29,457 bases of DNA from a virus (lineage: Duplodnaviria; Caudoviricetes), in IMG/VR virus record IMGVR_UViG_3300046055_000025, positions 1 through 29,457 of that record. One strand, 5' to 3'. A program made the translations under genes and the position numbers. Positions 1 through 7,302 of the stretch are shown here, in pieces. A model generated the notes under the pieces. That model made no database searches. It had not been told where the DNA came from and saw only the letters and a list, made by a program, of their open reading frames with translations. How positions within the stretch are numbered: the stretch's first letter is position 1; the number at the start of each line of letters is the position of its first letter.

Positions 1-40
1 GCACGACATGTTGACCAATGTCAACATGTCGTGCTATCAT
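1..40 (+). promoter_or_regulatory. sigma70/SigA-like promoter overlapped by a perfect 15-bp inverted repeat (operator)
   Basis: GCACGACATGTTGAC-caat-GTCAACATGTCGTGC (1-34); TTGACC at 11-16, 18-nt spacer, TGc-TATCAT extended -10 at 35-40. Confidence 0.65.
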
Positions 41-259
41 GCGAGTTAGCAGGCAAGCGAAGCCACGTGACGCGCGCCACCGAGGCGGAGCGGAATAAGC
101 TACCCGCCACCGCCTGATATGCCGCTGAGACCATCATGCACGCCTATCGAGGGGCGGGCTGAGTGGTAACCACCGGCCTGGGGGTAGCTGTCTCCAGAGC
201 GATGCACTCAGCTTCCACAGCAAGCACTCCACGAGCAGACGCGAGAGGAGGCGCCCTGC

Positions 260-799
260 ATGAGCGCCGACGAGGAATACCGGCGGCTGTACGTCGAGGA
301 GGGTTGGCGACTCCGCGACATCGCCGACAAGTTCGGCGTCAGCCACCAGACCGTACGGAACCACCTGCCCATCAACGCGCGAGAGCAGAAGCAAGCGAGG
401 CACATCGACCGCATCGGGCGACTCGTCGACGACGGGCTCACCAAAGCCGAGATCGCCCAGCAGCTCGACATGGAGCAAAAGACCATCGAGAGCCGCATCA
501 GAAACGACCCAACCCTCAACGCCAGGTGGGCCACAGCCTCCACCAGCCGGCGGCTCCGCTTCACCGACGCCAACGGCCCCTGTAAGATCTGCGGCGCCCT
601 CGTTGCCGACCGATCCGACGCCGTCACGTGCTCGACCTGGTGCAGCGAGGCCTACAAGCACCTGCGCCGGTACGTCGACCAGAGCGCCGTCGAGTCCCAC
701 AGGGTCGCGACCGCCAGGTGGGCCATCGAGAACGACCGCGGCACATCCACGCTCCAGCGCCACCAGCGAGTCGCGTCAACAGCGGCGGCCGGGACGTAG
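260..799 (+). CDS. DNA-binding protein with two HTH-like motifs and a Cys4 zinc finger; possibly frameshifted, true end may be 945
   Basis: SD GAGGAGG before ATG; WRLRDIADKFGVSHQTVRNHL and LTKAEIAQQLDMEQKTIESRI; CKIC...TCSTWC. Confidence 0.75.
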   Translation: MSADEEYRRLYVEEGWRLRDIADKFGVSHQTVRNHLPINAREQKQARHIDRIGRLVDDGLTKAEIAQQLDMEQKTIESRIRNDPTLNARWATASTSRRLRFTDANGPCKICGALVADRSDAVTCSTWCSEAYKHLRRYVDQSAVESHRVATARWAIENDRGTSTLQRHQRVASTAAAGT

Positions 800-945
800 C
801 GCCCGTCAGCCACGGCGAGTTCCGCTTGCCATCCGAAGCGTTCGAGTGGGCTGTCGCAGTGACCCGTGCTGGCTACCGGACGGTCGTTGACCTCCTCCCG
901 GAGAGAAAGCGCAGACAGGTTGACAAGGCGGCACGAGGTCGCTAA

Positions 946-965
946 CGCGCGCACGCGTGCGCGCG
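946..965. repeat. Perfect 20-bp alternating purine-pyrimidine palindrome
   Basis: CGCGCGCACGCGTGCGCGCG is its own reverse complement; an AT-rich patch follows (~982-1025). Confidence 0.85.
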
Positions 966-1009
966 GTAACGCGCGCGGGGGAATAAAATGCCTTTCTATT
1001 TAGTTGCAC

Positions 1010-1445
1010 ACTTCACTCATTACTCCTACGCTACTCGTAGGGCTCAAGAGGCGGGCAATGCCCGGATTTTGGGGTGAGTAACGAGTGAGTACAGATGGCT
1101 CAGTCGTTACTCACAAGGGGGGTCAACCCCTCCAAAACCCCAGAGTTGCGGTGAGTACGGCTTACACGCCCCACGCACCGGCGCGTGCCTCGCGCGACCG
1201 GCTATATATCAAAAGCCCCAGAGTTGCGGGGATGTGGCCTCGCGCGCCCTCCTGGGCGTCCACGCTCATCCCCGGCCGGGCTTTCGATGTGGCCTCCGCG
1301 CTAGCGGCCAAGCGACCCCTCACGGGGGTTATGTGGCTCAGTTGCTACTCACGCCGTACTCGCCCTCGCGCGCCCCCTCTGCGCCAAAACCCCCGAAATG
1401 GGGCCGTTATGGGCGCTGCCCAGGGTGAGTAGGGTCGCTACTCAC
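1010..1445. repeat. Non-coding array of direct and inverted GTGAGTA/TACTCAC boxes plus longer duplicated motifs (iteron- or pac-like)
   Basis: GTGAGTA at 1074, 1085, 1151, 1425; TACTCAC at 1108, 1346, 1439; CCCCAGAGTTGCGG at 1138 and 1216; TGGCTCAGTnGnTACTCAC at 1096 and 1334. Confidence 0.8.
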
Positions 1446-1491
1446 ACACGGTTTACGCCTGTGCCATGCGTTGCCTGTACGCTTCCCAATG

Positions 1492-1520
1492 TTGCATGAC
1501 TGCGTGCATCGTGCTACAAT
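1492..1520 (+). promoter_or_regulatory. sigma70/SigA-like promoter
   Basis: TTGCAT (1492-1497), 17-nt spacer, TGc-TACAAT (1515-1520); ATG at 1526 could be a leaderless start. Confidence 0.6.
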
Positions 1521-1525
1521 AAGGG

Positions 1526-1750
1526 ATGCAAGGGCAAACGGGAGGAACCGGGAAGGACAGGGGCATGGGACAGGAAGAGACCAACACGAAAAAGGCCATC
1601 TTCTACATTAGCTTCATTGACATCCAGGGCAACTTGACGCGCCACAAGGGTCCATTCTACGATCGCTACATGGCACAAATGGAAGCCAACATGGCGCAAG
1701 AAAAAACAAACCGGATGGTCACGGTAGAGGAAGCCAAGCGGGACGACTAA
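1526..1750 (+). CDS. Small hypothetical protein, lower GC than neighbours (alternative start 1565)
   Basis: Open frame directly after the promoter; protein-like composition; purine-rich SD-like sequence before ATG 1565. Confidence 0.55.
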   Translation: MQGQTGGTGKDRGMGQEETNTKKAIFYISFIDIQGNLTRHKGPFYDRYMAQMEANMAQEKTNRMVTVEEAKRDD

Positions 1751-1809
1751 AGTTTGCAACTGCCCGTTTACAGGTGGAGCGCGGGCCATAACCCGCGCCC
1801 CTCTACCGC

Positions 1810-2457
1810 ATGCCCTACCGTGCAATCATGCGGATGGACCCCCGCCCGTTCGACGACGTCGCCGACAGGTATGACAAGCTCTACTCCGACGACGAATCAC
1901 TCGAAGAAGACCGCCAGTTCATCGCCACCTGGGGCCACTGGCTCGCCGTCGAACCTATCCTCGACGTCGGCTGCGGCACCGGCTGGACCGTCGACACCAC
2001 CCAGCCATCACCCGACGGTTACCTCGGCTTCGACCTATCCGCCGAGATGATCAACATCGCCGCCCGCAAGCACCCCTGGCATGCCTTCCGACAAGCTGAC
2101 ATGACCATCGCGCACCACTGGCCCACCACCCCCCACGGCTGGGGGTGCGTGGCGAGCCTGTGGTGCTCCGCCAGCTACCTCCCTGCCCATACCTTCGCCG
2201 CACTCGCCGCCGCCCGACTCGCGCCCGGCGGCGGCGTACTCGCCATGCCGCACGCGCCCGGCGCCCTCCTATCAGACGGCGTCCGAAACGGCGAGTACCT
2301 CCCCGAAAGCTGCTACGCGCCACACACCGGCTGGCAACCCTGGAACGCCACCGCCGCCAAGAAAGCCTTCCAGCGGCACTTCACCAACGTTACGGTGGAA
2401 CAGTTCGGGCTAGGCACCCCATTCCTCGTCATCACCGGAAGGAAGCCGAACCTGTGA
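1810..2457 (+). CDS. Class I SAM-dependent methyltransferase (start may be 1834)
   Basis: FDDVADRYD N-terminus, motif I ILDVGCGTG, YLGFDLSAEMI, FRQADM; GTGA overlap with the next gene. Confidence 0.9.
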   Translation: MPYRAIMRMDPRPFDDVADRYDKLYSDDESLEEDRQFIATWGHWLAVEPILDVGCGTGWTVDTTQPSPDGYLGFDLSAEMINIAARKHPWHAFRQADMTIAHHWPTTPHGWGCVASLWCSASYLPAHTFAALAAARLAPGGGVLAMPHAPGALLSDGVRNGEYLPESCYAPHTGWQPWNATAAKKAFQRHFTNVTVEQFGLGTPFLVITGRKPNL

Positions 2458-3647
2458 CATACCGGCGCAACTACCTGAACTCGGACGTCGTCGCTAAGTC
2501 CTACAACCGCCTCAAAAGCCTCTACAACGCCGGCCACCGCGTCGTCGTCGCCAACAGCGGCGGCAAAGACTCCACCGTCATCACCGAACTGTGCGTCATG
2601 GCCGCCACAGACGCCGATGCGCTCCCCGTAGAAGTTGAGGTGAGGGACGAAGAAGTCGCCTTCCCCGGCACATACGAATATCTAGAGCGCCTCGCCGAAC
2701 GCCCCGAAGTGTCCTTCAATCACATCGTTCAGAAAATGCCAGTCATCAACGTCTTCAACCGACATAACCCCTACTGGTACACCTTCGACCCGCAGCTCAA
2801 CCCCGACGAATGGGTGCGCAAACCCCCCTCGTACGCCTACGAAATACCAGAAAAAGAAATCCGCAACGTCATCACCGGATAGCGCTTCCCGCCACCTGAG
2901 GGGCGGGAGCTATTCGCCGTCACTGGCATCCGCAGCGCTGAAAGCCCCAACCGCGTGATGGCAATCCACTCCTCCGGCCGCAGCCAGGTAAGCCGCAACA
3001 ATGGAACAATGGCTGACGCGTGGCTGACAGCCACACCAAGCGGCAAGAATGAAGTGAACACCGCCCGCCCCATCTACGACTGGGAGGACGGCGACGTGTG
3101 GAAGTTCATCAACGACATGCAGCTCGACTACAACCGAGCCTACGACGTGATGTACCGCATGGGCGTGCCAGAAAAACAGATTCGCATCGCACCCCCCACC
3201 CAGAAAATCGGAGCAATCTCCCAACTCCAAAAAATATATGGCGCCTGGCCGCAATGGTTCGACAAAGTCTGCCAACGGCTCCCCGGAGTACGCAGCGCCG
3301 TCCAGTTCGGCACCAGAGCGCTAAGACCCGAACGTCAACTCGGCGAAGACTGGCAAGCCACCTACAAACGCTGCGTGCTCGACCCCACCAACCCCGACTG
3401 GATACGCGAACGCGGCGAACACGTGATGACGCAAGTACTCGCCTACCACTCGCACCACTCCACCGCCCCATTCCCGCAGGCCAACGACTGCCCCCTGTGC
3501 CAAAAAGGCCTCAACAGCTGGAAACAGCTAGCCCGCACCATGTACCTCGGCGACCCCTTCGGCGAAAAACAACCTTACGCGAAGAGGCTAGAACCAGACT
3601 TCTTCCGGCCCGGCGCCGGCAAATGGGACGTTGAGGCCACCACATGA
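2454..3647 (+). CDS. PAPS-reductase-family (PP-loop; IbrA/YbdN-like) protein interrupted by one in-frame TAG at 2880-2882 (readthrough or nonsense lesion)
   Basis: PP-loop VVANSGGKDS; after the TAG the same frame continues RFPPPEGRELFAVTGIRSAESPNR...ARPIYDWEDGDVW...YNRAYD, all family motifs. ORFs 2145..2882 and 2955..3647 share a frame. Confidence 0.85.
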
Positions 3648-4321
3648 CGTGGACGTACGAACGGCACAGCGGCCTCGCACACGACGTCCGCGATGGGCAA
3701 CTGTGGAACGTCGGCGACCACAAGCTCCTCTGCGCCGACCTCGAACGCGGCGCCGCCGACCGGCTCATCAACCACGTCAACCCGAAGCCGAGCCTCATAT
3801 ACACCGACCCGCCATGGGGCGCCAACCTCTACAGCGGATTCCGCACCAAAGCCGGCCTCCCGCAAGCAGCCAGCTACCACAACATGCAACGCGCCTGGCT
3901 ATCCGTCTGCGCCGCCACCAGCCCCATCACCCTCTCTGAAATCGGCTATCAAACCGCCAGAGAACTCGTCCAACTCGCCGCCGACGTCGGCCTCGACTGC
4001 GTCGGACAATGGAAAATCCACTATCCTAACGGCCCCTGCCTGCTGCTCGCCCTCGTCCCCGTCGAACTCGAAGCGCCCACACTCCCTGACCTCACCGGCC
4101 TCGACGACCGCAAGCCAGACCCAGCCATCGAAGCGCTCACCGAACCCGGCGACGACGTCATCGACTTCTGCGCCGGCCTCGGCGCAACCGCCCTCGCATG
4201 CCACCGCACCGGCCGGCGCTTCACAGGCTCCGAACTTCACCCGAACCGGTGCTCCGCCACACTCGAACGGCTCCGAAAGGCGTCCGGCCAGCAGCCCCAA
4301 CTCGTCGCAGAGGTGCCTTGA
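3644..4321 (+). CDS. Compact N6-adenine/N4-cytosine DNA methyltransferase-like protein (beta-type motif order)
   Basis: GQLWNVGDHKLLCAD start typical of ParB-associated methylases; catalytic IYTDPPW; C-terminal VIDFCAGLG and GRRFTGSEL. Confidence 0.85.
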   Translation: MTWTYERHSGLAHDVRDGQLWNVGDHKLLCADLERGAADRLINHVNPKPSLIYTDPPWGANLYSGFRTKAGLPQAASYHNMQRAWLSVCAATSPITLSEIGYQTARELVQLAADVGLDCVGQWKIHYPNGPCLLLALVPVELEAPTLPDLTGLDDRKPDPAIEALTEPGDDVIDFCAGLGATALACHRTGRRFTGSELHPNRCSATLERLRKASGQQPQLVAEVP

Positions 4322-4888
4322 TGCCCACCGTCGGCAGCGACTATCAACTCGGCGACGACCAGGCCGACCCGCCGATCCTCTGGATGGTCCCACGCCCACA
4401 ATCTCTAACGTTCACCCCGACCGTCACTGACGGTGAACTTGACGTCGCCTTCGGCGCCGGCAAGTCGCAGAAAATCAAGAGCTTCGGCCACGACGACAAC
4501 CTCGTCCATTGGTTAGCTACCCGCAGCGGAACGGACCTGCACGTCGACAAGTCCTATGAGCGTTACACCCACCACCTCATCGTCCGCAACGACGGCATGC
4601 GTATCCGCGGCCTCACCGACGACACTGACGATCAGACACGCTGGCACCCCCCCCATGACGGCCGGCGTCATGTACTGCCTCGACACCCACTCGCCACACC
4701 GCGTCGTAAAGGACCCGCGGCTCGCCGACAACGTCGCCCGTGGCTACAAAGTCCAAATCGCCGTCGATCGACCCCAGCCCCTCCCGCCCGATGAAGCCTG
4801 GCGGCTCCTCTCACCATGGCTCCGACATCGAGTCGCCGACACCATCCATACCGCCCAGTGCACCGCCCCCAAAGTCCGAACGTCGTGA
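4321..4888 (+). pseudogene. 2OG-Fe(II) oxygenase-like (double-stranded beta-helix) protein split by a 1-nt frameshift in a C8 run at 4647-4654
   Basis: First frame gives TDLHVD...THHLIV...WHPP; removing one C continues MTAGVMYCLDTHSPHRV...KVQIAVD, completing an HxD...H triad. Start and stop overlap both neighbours. Confidence 0.65.
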
Positions 4889-5583
4889 CCATTCGCATCG
4901 CCGCCGCCGTCGCACACGGCGGAACCAGCGACCCCCAACGGCGAGCGTGGGTGAACGGCCAGCTCCGCGAAATCCCCAACCTCCACATCGTCAAAGGCCG
5001 CACCGGCCCCGGCGAACTCTGGCCGACCTACCGGCGCACCTACCTCCAACTGTGGACAAAAGAACCCACAGCCACCCACCACCTCATCCTTGCCGACGAC
5101 ATGACCCCCTGCCGGAACTTCCTCCAACAACTCCACCGCGCCCTCGCAGCCCGCCCCCACCACCTCGTCGTCCTATTCACCATGAAGAACATCGTTCGCC
5201 GCGCCGCCGAACGCGGGCACACGTGGGCAACCACCGCTGGCGCCGCCTGGGGCGGAGCGATGGCATGGCCCGCCACATGGACCGGCGAGTTCATCCCGTG
5301 GGCCGACCGGCACGTCCGCCACGACTACAAGCACGACGACGGCCGCGTCGTGCGCTTCCTCCACGACCACAACCGCAACCCCATGTGGCACACCGCCCCC
5401 AGCCTCCTCCAACATGAGGGCGCTGGGGCGAGCCTCGCCAATCAGAACAACCCCCGACGCGTCGCCGCATGGTTCGAAGACGACCCCGGCCACATCGACT
5501 GGACAGCCCCACACAGCCCCCCGCATGATGGAAGCATACCCCCCGCATATCTGCGAGCCTGGAACGAAGGATCACGCGACTAG
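4885..5583 (+). CDS. Glycosyltransferase-like protein (GT-A fold)
   Basis: GTGA-coupled start; HHLILADDM (xDD motif), HDDGRV, PSLLQH; similar to 13527..14228. Confidence 0.7.
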   Translation: MTIRIAAAVAHGGTSDPQRRAWVNGQLREIPNLHIVKGRTGPGELWPTYRRTYLQLWTKEPTATHHLILADDMTPCRNFLQQLHRALAARPHHLVVLFTMKNIVRRAAERGHTWATTAGAAWGGAMAWPATWTGEFIPWADRHVRHDYKHDDGRVVRFLHDHNRNPMWHTAPSLLQHEGAGASLANQNNPRRVAAWFEDDPGHIDWTAPHSPPHDGSIPPAYLRAWNEGSRD

Positions 5584-5598
5584 AAAGAGAGCCCCACC

Positions 5599-6489
5599 GT
5601 GGCGAAGAACAAGGGCGACAGCGCCGTCGAAGAAAAAGCCCAAAACCTCGAACAACTCCAAGTCCAATACGTCGAGTTAGAGTCGCTCCGACCCAACGAC
5701 TACAACCCCAACCGGCAATCCGACCACGACTTCGAACTGCTACTCCGCAGCATGCGCGAAGACGGCTTCACCCAGCCCATCGTCGCCAACCGCGAAGCCG
5801 CCATCGTCGACGGCGAACACCGCTGGCGAGCCGCACAAGCACTCGGCTACACCCGCGTCCCCGTCGTATTCGTCGACATGTCAGCCGAACAAATGAAAGT
5901 CTCCATACTCCGCCACAACAGAGCGCGAGGCTCCGAAGACGTCGAACTCGCCGCCTCCGTCCTCCGCGACCTCCAGCAGCTCGGCGCGCTCGACTGGGCA
6001 CAGGACGAGTTGATGATGGACGACACCGAAGTCCAAAGAATGGTCGAAGACATCCCCGCCCCCGAAGCGCTCGCCAACGAAGAGTTCAGCCAAGCGTGGC
6101 AACCCCCCGAACCCGAAGATAAAACCAACGACGAAACATCTAGCGACCAGCCGACAACAACTGAAACTCAAGTGCGTCAGCGTGATGACGGCGGCACCGA
6201 AATGACCTCCGCCACCACAGAAGCCATTGAAGCAGCCCGCGAACGCGAACGCCAGATGGCCCTCGCGAAGACCGCCGAAGAACGCGAAATGGTCCAAAAG
6301 GAGCAGCAGAGCTTCTTCCGCCTCATGCTCATGTTCCAGGGAGAAGAAGCTGACCTCGTCCAACGGGTGCTCGCCGACCGTGGCGCCGAAAAACTCGTTG
6401 CGATCCTCCGCGACTGGGAGGACCGCCACCCCGGCGAGGGCGCGAATGCTGCCGCCGACGCGGCCGGCGTGGAACGCGAAGAAGAATAA
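5599..6489 (+). CDS. ParB/Srx N-terminal domain protein (IbrB/YbdM-like) with acidic C-terminal extension
   Basis: LRPNDYNPN, EDGFTQPIV, IVDGEHRWRAA, ILRHNRARG. Confidence 0.9.
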   Translation: MAKNKGDSAVEEKAQNLEQLQVQYVELESLRPNDYNPNRQSDHDFELLLRSMREDGFTQPIVANREAAIVDGEHRWRAAQALGYTRVPVVFVDMSAEQMKVSILRHNRARGSEDVELAASVLRDLQQLGALDWAQDELMMDDTEVQRMVEDIPAPEALANEEFSQAWQPPEPEDKTNDETSSDQPTTTETQVRQRDDGGTEMTSATTEAIEAARERERQMALAKTAEEREMVQKEQQSFFRLMLMFQGEEADLVQRVLADRGAEKLVAILRDWEDRHPGEGANAAADAAGVEREEE

Positions 6490-6564
6490 GCCACGGGGTA
6501 GCCCCACGCCTTCACATGCAACCCCGTGTGAACATCGCGCGCGTATTTAGAGGGAGGGTCGCAC

Positions 6565-7302
6565 GTGTCAGACGATAGCAACAGTGGAGTTACTACAATC
6601 AATGCTGGCAAGACTGACGCCGGCAGGAAGCATCCGAAGAAGGGCCGGCGCCACCCGTGGCCTGAAGTAAAGCAAGTCTACGTTGAAGGGCAGATCACCG
6701 ACGACGGCGAGCGCAAGTGGCCCTCGATGGAGCACGTCGCTGAGCTATTCGGCATCTCTCCGCAACGTGTGCGTGGGAAGGCCGCCGAGGAGAACTGGAC
6801 CGAACAGCGTGCCGCCTTCCAGGCCCACATCGAAAAAGTCCGCCAGGAGCGCAGGGCGAAGGAGCTGGCGCAAGAAGCCGTAGAGTTAGACTCGCGCGCC
6901 CTCAATGCCGCGAAGACCGGCATGACGCTCATCAACGCGCGCATGAACGAAATCGGCCAGCAAGTACAGAAGATCCAACGTCGTAAGCGCGAGGCGGCCG
7001 AGGAGGGCCGCGACGACGACATCGACATGCCGTCCCTTGACGCGCGGGAGGTCGAGATGCTCGCCCGCGCCGCGCAGGCGTGGCATCAACTCGGCGGGAA
7101 GGCCATCGGCGACGTCGACACGACCCGCACTGAGGTGACTGGCGCGGACGGGTCGCCCGTCGACGTACGGTCAGTTCAGGAGGAGTTGCAGCGTGACGAC
7201 CCAGACCGGCTCACTGGATTCCTCGTCGCCCTCGAACGCTCCGGATATCTTCCAGCAGAAGCGGGAGAGGGTGGAGCGAATGGGGGAGGAGCAGCGAGCT
7301 GA
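6565..7302 (+). CDS. terS: Terminase small subunit (putative)
   Basis: SD GAGGGAGG; N-terminal HTH (SMEHVAELFGISPQRVR...ENW), helical middle, TEVTGADGSPV tail; directly upstream of terL. Confidence 0.7.
   Translation: MSDDSNSGVTTINAGKTDAGRKHPKKGRRHPWPEVKQVYVEGQITDDGERKWPSMEHVAELFGISPQRVRGKAAEENWTEQRAAFQAHIEKVRQERRAKELAQEAVELDSRALNAAKTGMTLINARMNEIGQQVQKIQRRKREAAEEGRDDDIDMPSLDAREVEMLARAAQAWHQLGGKAIGDVDTTRTEVTGADGSPVDVRSVQEELQRDDPDRLTGFLVALERSGYLPAEAGEGGANGGGAAS

Noticed and set aside
1085-1432. 115-aa ORF across the repeat region
   Set aside because: No SD, atypical codon use, and fully explained by the DNA repeats.
1010-1445. CRISPR array
   Set aside because: Repeats are short, in both orientations and irregularly spaced; no cas genes.
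2880-2910. Selenocysteine or pyrrolysine insertion as a firm call
   Set aside because: No tRNA or sel/pyl genes here and no evidence the position is a catalytic Cys; kept only as generic readthrough.
2454-6489. Complete Dnd/Ssp phosphorothioation system
   Set aside because: No cysteine desulfurase, DndD ATPase or DndE in the window; motifs fit the IbrA/IbrB-like branch better.
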